From: Patescibacteria group bacterium
GTDB taxonomy: Bacteria > Patescibacteriota > Minisyncoccia > UBA6257 > GWB1-50-10
Direction of reading: 5' to 3'
DNA length: 53,556 bases
Assembly: GCA_030017555.1 (NCBI GenBank)
Contig: JASEIC010000003.1
Span: forward strand, 1 to 53,556
A program made the position numbers and the translations under genes. Below the pieces are notes generated by a model. The model had not been told where the DNA came from and searched no databases. It saw nothing but the letters and a program-made list of their open reading frames with translations. Position 1 is the first letter of the stretch. The number at the start of each line of letters is the position of its first letter. Of this stretch, positions 1 through 9,040 are shown piece by piece.

Positions 1-2
1 AT

Positions 3-995
3 GGCCAGGATGTTATTATTTCATCCGGTCCGACCTTGACTGTTGCCGTTGATTCAGCGACTCCATCAGCGAAGCAAATGGTTATGAGCACGATCGATAA
101 TTCGGTTTTTGCTGTTCGTTTGAGCGCAAACAACGTTGAAAATATTAAAGTCACTGATCTTTCATTCTTAGACACGATTACCGGCAATACTGCTGGCAGA
201 ACTTCGTTCAAGGATATGAAGGTTTATGATGGCGCGTCTTTTGTTGGTCCAAGAACTCCGACAATTGCTGGTACGACAACTTCAACCGTGCCATTCAGTT
301 TCACTACTCCGATTATTGTTCCTAAAAACGGTTCCAAGACTTTGGTCTTGAAAGGCGACTTAGGCACATATGATGAAGGCGCGATTTCTGGTTCAGGCCA
401 TACTTGGAGCATTAATGCCACTTCAACAGATGTGACAGCTTATGGTGAGTCTTCAAATAATTCAGCGGTTGTGAGCTTTAGCGGCACAGTTGGCGGCAGC
501 GCTATGACTGTTTATCGCACCAAACTTAGCTTGACTGCCAGTTTGCTTGGCGCGGCCACAGGCCGATCACGAGCCTCGGTTGATGATTTAGCGACTGTTA
601 ACTGGACTGCGAATTCCGCATATCAAGTTCTTTTAGGCACAGTATCCATTAAATTCAATGGTTTTGCGGTTTCAAATGGTTCACCTAATTTTACGGTTGA
701 TCTTTTGAAATCTGATGGCACTGCTTTTGGCGGTTCAACCGAAACTTGTTCGCCGGGCGCGGGCAATTCTTGCTCTGTGACCTTTAGTCCGCAGTTTACG
801 ATTTCCTCTGGCGCGACGCAGGGTACGAAAGTTCGGGTTAATTCTTCGAGCTTCTATGATGTTGCGTACGGTCAAGGACTTTCTGTTTTGATTAACGCCG
901 CAAGTGATATTGCTTGGAATGATGGCGTAATTGGTGGTATTGGCCTTGAAGCGAGTGCAGTTCCGTTTACTCTTGCTAACACGAGTTACGAATAA
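3..995 (+). CDS. C-terminal part of a large Ser/Thr/Gly-rich secreted surface (S-layer-like, beta-rich) protein; 5' end outside the window
   Basis: Frame is open from base 3 (GQDVIISSGPTLTVAVD...); beta-strand-rich, T/S/G-rich composition; followed by a strong terminator. Confidence 0.6.
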   Translation, partial: GQDVIISSGPTLTVAVDSATPSAKQMVMSTIDNSVFAVRLSANNVENIKVTDLSFLDTITGNTAGRTSFKDMKVYDGASFVGPRTPTIAGTTTSTVPFSFTTPIIVPKNGSKTLVLKGDLGTYDEGAISGSGHTWSINATSTDVTAYGESSNNSAVVSFSGTVGGSAMTVYRTKLSLTASLLGAATGRSRASVDDLATVNWTANSAYQVLLGTVSIKFNGFAVSNGSPNFTVDLLKSDGTAFGGSTETCSPGAGNSCSVTFSPQFTISSGATQGTKVRVNSSSFYDVAYGQGLSVLINAASDIAWNDGVIGGIGLEASAVPFTLANTSYE

Positions 996-1031
996 TAATT
1001 TCCTGATCCTTGAACAGGAATTCCTTAATAG

Positions 1032-1067
1032 GAATCAAAAACCGCCTTTCGGGGCGGTTTTTGATTC
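1032..1067. terminator. Bidirectional intrinsic terminator
   Basis: GAATCAAAAACCGCC-TTTCGG-GGCGGTTTTTGATTC inverted repeat between convergent genes. Confidence 0.85.
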
Positions 1068-1120
1068 ACTTATAAGCTGATATTGCTGATTAATACTGAT
1101 TTTTAAGAACGTTTTCTATC

Positions 1121-1154
1121 TCTTCAAAATCTTCCATATGGAAGATTTTGAAGA
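1121..1154. repeat. Perfect 34-bp palindrome downstream of PaaX-like gene 1
   Basis: TCTTCAAAATCTTCCAT|ATGGAAGATTTTGAAGA equals its own reverse complement. Confidence 0.95.
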
Positions 1155-1180
1155 AACCCTTTTTCTACCACAGAATCAAA

Positions 1181-1711
1181 CTATTTATTTGAAGTTGTAA
1201 ACCGCTTAAAATGACGTTTTATATCCTCGTCGTTTTCTAAAAATTCTACCAACATTATTTTGCAATACTGGTTTATTTCTAAATCCACCAATAATTTCCA
1301 GAATTTTTCCGCTAAATAATCGGGGTAGATCCAAACGCTTTTTTGAAGTTGATAAAAACCTAAATCTTTAAGCAAACTTCTTAATATGTAGCGCTTTTTA
1401 TCAAAATTCACAGGCACGTCAAAAGTCACGAGCCGCCATTTTCCATCCCACGATTTGATATTTTTAAACTCGTCTTTAATAACTAATCGGTCAAAGAACA
1501 TGATTCCTTTTTTCGTAACTAAAAATTTCCCGTCTTGTTTCGTAATAAGACTATTTTTAATAAATCTATTGAGGCTTTGTCGGAGATATTTATTCTTTTG
1601 ACGATTTTTAAGAAACTCGTTGATAAGTGTTTCGGTTACGGTTTTAGCGCCAGCAAAAAATAGACCCCATTCCTTTATGTGTTGCCGCGCATCAATGGAA
1701 GTTTTTGCCAT
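1181..1711 (-). CDS. PaaX-family-like protein (N-terminal winged-helix, C-terminal Cas2/VapD-like fold)
   Basis: WDGKWRLVTFDVP...R..LR..L...GF..LQKSVW motif after a basic wHTH-like segment (LRQSLNRF...LVTKKG). Confidence 0.8.
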   Translation of the reverse strand: MAKTSIDARQHIKEWGLFFAGAKTVTETLINEFLKNRQKNKYLRQSLNRFIKNSLITKQDGKFLVTKKGIMFFDRLVIKDEFKNIKSWDGKWRLVTFDVPVNFDKKRYILRSLLKDLGFYQLQKSVWIYPDYLAEKFWKLLVDLEINQYCKIMLVEFLENDEDIKRHFKRFTTSNK

Positions 1712-1712
1712 A

Positions 1713-1744
1713 CTTCAAATTTTACCATATGGAAGATTTTGAGG
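1713..1744. promoter_or_regulatory. Degenerate copy of the 1121-1154 palindrome overlapping the promoter of PaaX-like gene 1
   Basis: CTTCAAATTTTACCATATGGAAGATTTTGAGG, 28/32 identical to the perfect copy; the minus strand reads TGG-TAAAAT-7nt-ATG. Confidence 0.8.
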
Positions 1745-1844
1745 AAAGTCATTATGCTATCGTCTCAAAAGTGCCTGCGGAGCGCAAACAAAATTGGGTG
1801 CGGTTATAAATTAACTTTGTTTTTTAGCATATTTTTATTATACT

Positions 1845-1880
1845 AATCAGTACAAATCCGTCTAAGTCCGCATTAATCAG
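1845..1880. repeat. 10-bp-phased short repeat array (AATCAG/AATCCG x4)
   Basis: Hexamers start at 1845, 1855, 1865 (AGTCCG) and 1875. Confidence 0.7.
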
Positions 1881-1903
1881 CGTCCAATTAATAGCGATTA
1901 CTT

Positions 1904-4213
1904 ATGCCTACTGAATCAAAATTAGTTAAATTTATTAAATTCGGTTTGTATTTAGTGCTTTTCACGCCATTTGTTTTTGGGCATAGTTTTATGTATCCGT
2001 TTATCTCTCTCAAGGTTTTTATTTTTCAATTTTTAGTTGAGGTAATTTTCGCTTTATGGCTCGCGCTTATTATCTTTTATAAAGAATATCGGCCGAAAAT
2101 CACAATGATTCGGCTCGCGTTTTTAATTTTTCTTGCCGTGATTTTTCTATCCTCGGTTTTTGGCATTGATTTTCACCGTTCGCTTTGGTCAACTCAAGCT
2201 CGCTCAATCGGTTTTATTGCTTTGGTTCATTTCGCGGCGCTGTTTTTCATACTTTCAAGTCTTGGCAGGTATTTGGATTTGAAAAAATATTTTACTGTAT
2301 CATTTTTTGTAAGTTCAATCATCAGTTTAATGACAATTCTTGTTAGTTTTAAATTGTTCGGCACAGATTCTTTTTTAGGCCAAAGTAGTATTCGGCCCGG
2401 CACTTTTTTCGGCAATCCTTCTTTTCTGGCGGCTTATCTTTTGCCTCATATTTTTATTGGTTTTTGGCTTTTAGTTGAAAATAAGGGGTTAAGGTTGCGT
2501 TTTTTGAAGTTTTCTTTGTTAGGGCTCGGTATTATTTTAACTATTGTTGCGCTTTTTATAACGCAGACGCGCGGGGCGATTTTAGGATTGGGGGCTGGGC
2601 TTGTTGCCCTTCTGATTTATTTTTCTTTTTCTAGAAAGGTACGCCTGCCTGCCGAAGTTTTAACGAAGGCGGGGATAGATACGGATAATTATCCGTATAA
2701 ATCCGCTAAAATCCGTATAAATCCGCGTCTTATTTCGATTGTATTGTTGACCTTGATTGTATTATTCAGCACGGCATTTGTCTTTACGCGCAATATTGAA
2801 ATATGGCAAAAAATTCCCGGGGTTAGCCGTTTTGCCGATTTAACGAAATTAAAAACAGGAAATGAACCGCGGCTTATTACTTGGAGTATTGCGTGGAAGT
2901 CGTTTTTATCTCGGCCGATATTGGGTTATGGGTTTGAGAATTTTAAATATCCTTTCGACCGCTATTATGATCCGAAACTGCTCCGTTTTAATTTTGAGGA
3001 AACTTATTTTGACAAGCCGCACAATGTTTTGTTTGAATATTTGGTTAACGGCGGCATGGTTGTTTTTTTGTCTTATGTTTTTTTGTTTTTTGCTTTATTT
3101 TTTGCGATGTTTCGTTCTAAATTATTAAATCGATTTTTGCCGTTTGGCATTGGATTAGTAATCGCATATATTGTTCAAAATTTGTTTCTTTTTGATACTT
3201 TCGGCTCCTATTTAGTGTTTTTTGTTGTCGCGGCTTTTATTGATTCGGTTTACGCGCAAGAAAAAAAGGGAGTATCGGAAAAATATGTTGTTGATGCGCC
3301 AAAATATCTAAAACCGGCATTCTTAATAATTTTTATTTTTTTATCTTTAATTCCAATTTATTTTTTAAATTACCGTTCGGTTTATGCTAACAATAAGCAG
3401 TATTGGGGTTTGAATTATTTTTTGAATCGTTTGTCGCAAGACGCGCTTGATTCTTATTTTTTGGCATTGACGACGCCTAATCCTTATCTTAATGAAGCGA
3501 GAAAAGACCTTGCCAATAATATTTCAGAAATATACATGCAGGGCATTGAAATACCGGAAATTGAAAAAGTTTCAGCAAAAGCAATGGAAGAATTTGCCAA
3601 AGCAATCAGAAAATCGCCCAATGATTATTTTCTACGCGTTAATTTTGCCGATTTAGCGGCGGTTTTTTATGTTTTTGATGAAGATTATTTAAAATTAGCC
3701 GAAGAGCAATTAAATTTAGCGTTTAAATTAAGTCCTAATCGGCAACAAGTTTATTATTCATTGGCTAAATTAAAAACAATAAAAGGCGATTTAAATAGCG
3801 CCAAAGCGCTTATGGAAAAGGCCGTTGCTCTTGACCCGAAAGCGCCCGATCCGCATATTTATTATGGTTTTGTTCTTTTGAAATCAGGAGACGAAGTAAA
3901 AGGTTTTGAAGAAATTGAAAAAGCCAAAGCTTTAGGTTGGCAGCCTAAGTCGGCTAATGACACGAGAATCCTCGCTAATTATTATGGCGAAGCCGGGAAT
4001 TATAAAGAAGCTATTTATTGGTATTTAGAAGCCATTGGAAGGAATCGAAGGGATTTAGAATCTTGGTTAAAATTAGGCATAGTTTATTTTTATAACGGTG
4101 AAAAAGACAAAGCGCGCGAAGCTATAAAGTTAGTGCTTGATGAAAAGCCGGATTTTAGAAATTCGCCCAATTTTGATTTTGTAAAACCAGTTGTTGAAAG
4201 TTTAGGACTGTAG
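1904..4213 (+). CDS. O-antigen ligase-like (Wzy_C) membrane protein with C-terminal TPR repeats
   Basis: Many TM helices; GNPSFLAAY, TQTRGA, RPILGYGFENF, FDKPHN motifs; TPR-like helical C-terminus. Confidence 0.8.
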   Translation: MPTESKLVKFIKFGLYLVLFTPFVFGHSFMYPFISLKVFIFQFLVEVIFALWLALIIFYKEYRPKITMIRLAFLIFLAVIFLSSVFGIDFHRSLWSTQARSIGFIALVHFAALFFILSSLGRYLDLKKYFTVSFFVSSIISLMTILVSFKLFGTDSFLGQSSIRPGTFFGNPSFLAAYLLPHIFIGFWLLVENKGLRLRFLKFSLLGLGIILTIVALFITQTRGAILGLGAGLVALLIYFSFSRKVRLPAEVLTKAGIDTDNYPYKSAKIRINPRLISIVLLTLIVLFSTAFVFTRNIEIWQKIPGVSRFADLTKLKTGNEPRLITWSIAWKSFLSRPILGYGFENFKYPFDRYYDPKLLRFNFEETYFDKPHNVLFEYLVNGGMVVFLSYVFLFFALFFAMFRSKLLNRFLPFGIGLVIAYIVQNLFLFDTFGSYLVFFVVAAFIDSVYAQEKKGVSEKYVVDAPKYLKPAFLIIFIFLSLIPIYFLNYRSVYANNKQYWGLNYFLNRLSQDALDSYFLALTTPNPYLNEARKDLANNISEIYMQGIEIPEIEKVSAKAMEEFAKAIRKSPNDYFLRVNFADLAAVFYVFDEDYLKLAEEQLNLAFKLSPNRQQVYYSLAKLKTIKGDLNSAKALMEKAVALDPKAPDPHIYYGFVLLKSGDEVKGFEEIEKAKALGWQPKSANDTRILANYYGEAGNYKEAIYWYLEAIGRNRRDLESWLKLGIVYFYNGEKDKAREAIKLVLDEKPDFRNSPNFDFVKPVVESLGL
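2644..2727. repeat. In-frame palindromic/phased-repeat insert inside the O-antigen ligase gene
   Basis: CCTGCCT...AGGCGGG hairpin, ATACGGATAATTATCCGTAT palindrome, ATCCG at 2691/2701/2711/2721. Confidence 0.65.
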
Positions 4214-4237
4214 TAAAATTTATCGTATTATTTGCTG

Positions 4238-5650
4238 ATGTCAATAGATTTTTTCAAAATTTCAAAATTCTTCCTGTATTTAGTTCCTCTTTGCGTAGTG
4301 GTTGTTTCAACTGCGACCTTATTTCCTTTTATTGTAGGTAAATATGTTTGGTTTCGGACGGCCATTGATCTCGCGTTTATCTTTTTTTTGCTAGGGCTTT
4401 TACTTTTACAAGAAGAAGCCAAAGAGCACGAAAACCGCTTGCGTAAAATTTTTAGTTCTCCGCTTACAATAATAATTTCGCTTTTTGTTCTTTTTTTTAT
4501 TTTAGCCGGATTTTTTGGTATTGATCCCTCTGCTTCTTTCTGGTCGAATTTTGAACGCGGCGAAGGCGGACTTCAGATTTTACATCTTTATGTTTTCTTT
4601 TTGCTTCTTTGCACTTTGTTTAAAAGAGAAAACTGGCTGACTTTATTCCGGGTTTCTCTTTTCGCGGCCGTGTTTTTGATATTATACGGAATTGCTGCTA
4701 CCGCTTTAATCGGCGGTTTTGTCGGGACTTTTCATGATCAAGGCGGTAAACTGATTGCGGATTCTTTTTTGGGTAGGCTTAACGTAGCTCGATTTCAGGG
4801 CAGTCTTGGCAATCCAGCTTACGTGGGTGTGTATTTGATCTTTATTATGTTTTACGCGCTTTACTTATTTACTGAAACTAAAGCGCGATGGCGAAAAAAT
4901 TTTTTAGTAGCGCTTTTGATTTTTTACTTTTTGTTTTTTTGGCTTGCTCAAACAAGAGGTGTCTTTCTTGGTTTGTTCGCGGCAATTTTTGCCGGAGTAG
5001 TTTATTTTATTTTTTCTTCCCGAGGCAGATTAAAAAAATGGGGGATCGGCATATTGGCGTTTTTTGTTGCAGTTACAAGTATTTTATTTTATTTCCGCGA
5101 TACTAGTTTTATAAATAATCTGCCCGGTAGCCGCGTTTTTCAAATTTCGCTAACAGAAGAAACGGCTCAAACCAGATTGTGGACTTGGGGTTCGGCTCTC
5201 AAAGGCTGGAAAGAACGGCCGATTTTAGGTTGGGGACCGGAAAATTTTAGCGTTGTTTTTGATAAGTATTTTGATACTCGTCATTTTTCGCCGGATAAAA
5301 AATCAGAAACTTGGTTTGATCGGGCTCACAGTATTTATTTTGATTATTTAACCGAAACCGGCATTTTAGGATATTTGAGTTTTGTCGGAATTTTTGTAGT
5401 TCTTTATGTGCTTATTTTAAGACGGCGAAAAACAATTGAACGCACAGATTCCAAACTAAAGATAAATAAAGAAATAATTAGTTTTCAGAATCTTAGTTTG
5501 GGTCAAAAATCATTAATTTTTGCAATACCTTTTGCGTATCTTGTTCAGGGCATCGTGCTTTTTGATATTTTACCGACCTATCTTAATTTATTTTTATTTT
5601 TAGCTTTTGCTAATTTTCATTTTACTAACGTAATAAAACAAAATGATTAA
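4238..5650 (+). CDS. O-antigen ligase-like (Wzy_C) membrane protein, paralog of 1904-4213
   Basis: GSLGNPAY, QTRG, RPILGWGPENF, FDRAHS motifs; multi-TM; first ATG at 4238. Confidence 0.8.
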   Translation: MSIDFFKISKFFLYLVPLCVVVVSTATLFPFIVGKYVWFRTAIDLAFIFFLLGLLLLQEEAKEHENRLRKIFSSPLTIIISLFVLFFILAGFFGIDPSASFWSNFERGEGGLQILHLYVFFLLLCTLFKRENWLTLFRVSLFAAVFLILYGIAATALIGGFVGTFHDQGGKLIADSFLGRLNVARFQGSLGNPAYVGVYLIFIMFYALYLFTETKARWRKNFLVALLIFYFLFFWLAQTRGVFLGLFAAIFAGVVYFIFSSRGRLKKWGIGILAFFVAVTSILFYFRDTSFINNLPGSRVFQISLTEETAQTRLWTWGSALKGWKERPILGWGPENFSVVFDKYFDTRHFSPDKKSETWFDRAHSIYFDYLTETGILGYLSFVGIFVVLYVLILRRRKTIERTDSKLKINKEIISFQNLSLGQKSLIFAIPFAYLVQGIVLFDILPTYLNLFLFLAFANFHFTNVIKQND

Positions 5651-6248
5651 GAAAATTGTTATTATTATTCTTATTATTCTTGCCGTAGCTGCGATTTTTT
5701 TTGGTTCTTATCTGCCTTATCAAAAAGCGCAGCTTTTTATTAACGCGTATAGGGCCTTGGGTTCAAGCCAGCAGTTTAGTTTTGATGATTTCAAAACTAT
5801 TTTTGACCGGGCGCTTAATTTTTATTCTCCGGTTGGGCAAGAAGAAGAAGTAAGATTTTTAGGCAATCAAATTCTCGATTTAGTTCAAAGAAAACCGCCA
5901 GAGGAAATTCTTAAAAAGCTGCAAATTTACGCGGAAGAAACAATCGGGATAAGCATTCGAGATTCAAGGGGTTTAAATTATACCCAAAATTTTTTGATTT
6001 TGGGCGGAATTTATCAAATGAGCTGGTCTTTTTATAAAAATCCGGCAGATTTAGAAAAAGCCATATCTTATTACGAATCCGGATTGAAATTAAGTCCGGA
6101 TCGGCCACAATTTCTTTTTGCGCTTTTTGATCTTTACCGGGCAAGCGGGCGCAATGAAGACGTTAAGCCTGTTGGTGAAAAAATTATGAAGTTCTGGCCC
6201 AGCAGTTTCCAGCCGCTTGTTGATGTTAAGCCGGCTAATGAGAAATGA
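5643..6248 (+). CDS. Membrane-anchored TPR-like protein
   Basis: N-terminal TM; LKLSPDRPQ resembles FKLSPNRQQ in the TPR part of 1904-4213; overlaps upstream stop. Confidence 0.65.
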   Translation: MIKKIVIIILIILAVAAIFFGSYLPYQKAQLFINAYRALGSSQQFSFDDFKTIFDRALNFYSPVGQEEEVRFLGNQILDLVQRKPPEEILKKLQIYAEETIGISIRDSRGLNYTQNFLILGGIYQMSWSFYKNPADLEKAISYYESGLKLSPDRPQFLFALFDLYRASGRNEDVKPVGEKIMKFWPSSFQPLVDVKPANEK

Positions 6249-6266
6249 GCCAAATAACGAATATAA

Positions 6267-6295
6267 TTGACAGAAAGATAAATGTGATTTAAAAT
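6267..6295 (+). promoter_or_regulatory. Sigma70 promoter of gmd, probably leaderless or near-leaderless
   Basis: TTGACA-17nt-TAAAAT, 8 nt before ATG. Confidence 0.6.
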
Positions 6296-6303
6296 CGATA
6301 TGT

Positions 6304-7326
6304 ATGAAGAAAGCTTTAATTACGGGCATCACCGGGCAGGACGGCAGTTATTTAGCCGAACTTTTATTATCAAAAGGTTATGAGGTTCACGGGATAATTC
6401 GTCGCACTTCAACTTTTAATACTTCCCGGATTGATCATATTTTTCAAAATGTGCACGATAATGATCGACGCGTCTTTCTCCATTACGGCGATTTGGCAGA
6501 TGCTAATACTATTAGAAAATTAATTTATCAAATTCAGCCAGACGAGATTTACCATTTAGGCGCCCAATCTCATGTGCGAGTAAGCTTTGATATTCCCGAG
6601 TATACCGCCAATATTACGGGCTTGGGGACATTGAGAGTTTTGGAGGCTATTAAAGATTTTCAAGACCATACCGGCAAGAAAATAAAATTTTATCAAGCAA
6701 GTTCTTCGGAGATGTTTGGCGCAACGCCGCCGCCGCAAAACGAAAATTCTCCTTTTTTGCCGCGTAGTCCTTATGGCGCATCGAAAGCTTTCGCTTATTA
6801 TACAACCAGAAATTATCGTGATGCTTATGGCATTTTTGCCGTAAATGGAATTCTTTTTAATCATGAGTCGCCGCGAAGAGGTGAAACCTTTGTTACTCGA
6901 AAAATTACTCGCGGTATTGCAAGGATTTTAAAAGGTTTAGATAAGAAAATTTATTTAGGCAATTTAGATGCGCGGCGTGATTGGGGTTATGCGCCGGAAT
7001 ATTGCGAAGCAATGTATTTGATGCTACAACAGCCAAAACCCGAAGATTTTGTTATTGGTACCGGCAAATCTCATTCTGTCCGTGATTTTGTAGAAGCCGC
7101 TTTTAAGTTGGTTGGTATTAATAATTGGAAAGATTATATTGGCATTGATTCAAAATATTATCGGCCAACTGAGGTAGAACATTTAATCGCCGATACATCA
7201 AAAGCGAAACAAAAACTTGGCTGGGAAGCCAAAACAAAATTTGAAGACTTGGTGAAGTTAATGATGAAACACGATCTTGAAAAACAGGGTCTTCACGATT
7301 ATTCGTCAAAAATCAGTCTTGAATAA
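6304..7326 (+). CDS. gmd: GDP-mannose 4,6-dehydratase
   Basis: [48 protein letters not shown]. Confidence 0.97.
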   Translation: MKKALITGITGQDGSYLAELLLSKGYEVHGIIRRTSTFNTSRIDHIFQNVHDNDRRVFLHYGDLADANTIRKLIYQIQPDEIYHLGAQSHVRVSFDIPEYTANITGLGTLRVLEAIKDFQDHTGKKIKFYQASSSEMFGATPPPQNENSPFLPRSPYGASKAFAYYTTRNYRDAYGIFAVNGILFNHESPRRGETFVTRKITRGIARILKGLDKKIYLGNLDARRDWGYAPEYCEAMYLMLQQPKPEDFVIGTGKSHSVRDFVEAAFKLVGINNWKDYIGIDSKYYRPTEVEHLIADTSKAKQKLGWEAKTKFEDLVKLMMKHDLEKQGLHDYSSKISLE

Positions 7327-7350
7327 GATAGTTCTCTCTGATTTGTTAGT

Positions 7351-7869
7351 ATGATAAGCATAAAACCAGGGTTCAAAATTAAGGAACCAAAAAATAAAAA
7401 AAATTTAGTTATAGGCGATAATGGTTTTTTACCATCCGTTACATATAAAAAGATTTTTGCCGTCATACCCATTGTTTGTGTTGATGTGGTTGTAAAACAT
7501 AAAAATAAAGCTCTGCTGTGTAAAAGAACAAATAAGCCGGGGCAAGGAAAATTATTTTTGCCGGGCGGAAGAGTTTTTAAAAATGAATATTTAAAAAAAG
7601 CGGTTGTTCGTAAAACTTTTGAGGAGCTCGGCATAAGGGCTAAGCAGTCCGATTTTAAGTTTTTAACAATTTCCGAAGGAATATTTAAAGGTTCGCAAAT
7701 AGGCGGTTCAATGCATAATATTAATACTGTTTATTTGATTGAATTTAAAAAAAAACCGGTTATAAATTTTGATAAAACACAAACTTCAAAAATTGTGTGG
7801 GTTCGTAAGATTAATGATAAATTACACCCGTCCGTGAAAAGATCATTAAAAGCAGCAGGTTTAAAATAA
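7351..7869 (+). CDS. NUDIX hydrolase, GDP-mannose mannosyl hydrolase-like
   Basis: PIVCVD, PGGRVFKNE...RKTFEELG variant Nudix box; located in a GDP-sugar cluster. Confidence 0.7.
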   Translation: MISIKPGFKIKEPKNKKNLVIGDNGFLPSVTYKKIFAVIPIVCVDVVVKHKNKALLCKRTNKPGQGKLFLPGGRVFKNEYLKKAVVRKTFEELGIRAKQSDFKFLTISEGIFKGSQIGGSMHNINTVYLIEFKKKPVINFDKTQTSKIVWVRKINDKLHPSVKRSLKAAGLK

Positions 7870-7870
7870 A

Positions 7871-9040
7871 ATGATAAAGCTAATAAAATCAACATTTTAT
7901 AATGAAGAACTAACCAAAAAAGAATTGGTTGATTTTATCAAATTTGCAACTCAATTAAGCTTTGGTTCGGAGTGTGAAAAATTTGAAAATAATTTTGCCA
8001 AATATCAAGGAAGGAAATACTGTACTTTTTTTAATAGCGGAAGTTCCGCCAATCTCGCGCTTATTCAAGCTCTTTTGAATCTTGGAAAGTTAAAAAAGGG
8101 AGATACAGTTGGTTTTTCCGCGCTTACTTGGGCAACTAATGTTATGCCGTTTATCCAACTCGGCCTCAATCCCGTTCCGGCCGACGTTGAGATAGATACT
8201 TTGAATGTTTCAAGCGCAAAACTTAAAAAAGTCCTTTTAGCTATTCCTCTTAAAGCGTTTTTTCTGACAAATCTTTTGGGCTTTTGCGATGATATAGATG
8301 AAATATGGCGTTTATGCAAAGAGAAAAAAATAATTTTGATAGAAGATAACTGTGAGTCTCTTGGTACTGTATATAAAGGAAAAAAACTTGGAAATTTTGG
8401 CCTTGCTGGCACATTTTCTTTTTTTGTTGGCCATCATATGTCTATGATTGAAGGCGGGGCCGTCTGCACCGATGATGAAGAATTGGCCAATATGCTTAGA
8501 ATGGTGAGAGCTCATGGTTGGGATAGGCACCTTAATACCGAGGCGCAAAGCAAGCTGCGTGGGCAGTTTGGCGTTGACGATTTTTATGCCCGTTATTCCT
8601 TTTATGATCTCGCGTACAATTTAAGGCCGACCGAGATAAATGGTTTTTTGGGGAATATTCAGTTGCGATATCTTGACGAAATAGTGACGAAAAGGAAAGA
8701 CAATTTTATTGAATTAGCTGATTTTATTTATGGCAATAAAAATAAATTTTTGCCGATAAAATTTAATCATATTGATTTGATTTCAAATTTTGCCGTGCCT
8801 ATTTTATGCAGAACAAAAGCCATAAAAGAAGAGTTAATTAAAAAATGCGAAGGAAAAATAGAAATAAGGCCTATTGTCGGCGGTGACATAACTAAACAGC
8901 CATTTTTTAAAAAATATAATCCGGACACGGATTTTTCATGTTTGAATGCCGGGTTTATCCACGAAAATGGATTTTACTTCGGAAATAATCCGGAATTAAC
9001 AAACTCAGAAATACAGGAAATAAAAAATGTTTTTCAATAA
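7871..9040 (+). CDS. colD: PLP-dependent DegT-family enzyme, likely GDP-4-keto-6-deoxy-D-mannose 3-dehydratase (ColD)
   Basis: NSGSSANL, EDNCESLG, FSFFVGHHMSMIEGG with His at the usual Schiff-base Lys position, RAHGW. Confidence 0.7.
   Translation: MIKLIKSTFYNEELTKKELVDFIKFATQLSFGSECEKFENNFAKYQGRKYCTFFNSGSSANLALIQALLNLGKLKKGDTVGFSALTWATNVMPFIQLGLNPVPADVEIDTLNVSSAKLKKVLLAIPLKAFFLTNLLGFCDDIDEIWRLCKEKKIILIEDNCESLGTVYKGKKLGNFGLAGTFSFFVGHHMSMIEGGAVCTDDEELANMLRMVRAHGWDRHLNTEAQSKLRGQFGVDDFYARYSFYDLAYNLRPTEINGFLGNIQLRYLDEIVTKRKDNFIELADFIYGNKNKFLPIKFNHIDLISNFAVPILCRTKAIKEELIKKCEGKIEIRPIVGGDITKQPFFKKYNPDTDFSCLNAGFIHENGFYFGNNPELTNSEIQEIKNVFQ

Noticed and set aside
1181-1711. Annotating the PaaX-like ORFs as true cas2 or as the paaX phenylacetate repressor
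   Set aside because: An extra wHTH region, no cas or paa genes nearby, and too short for full PaaX
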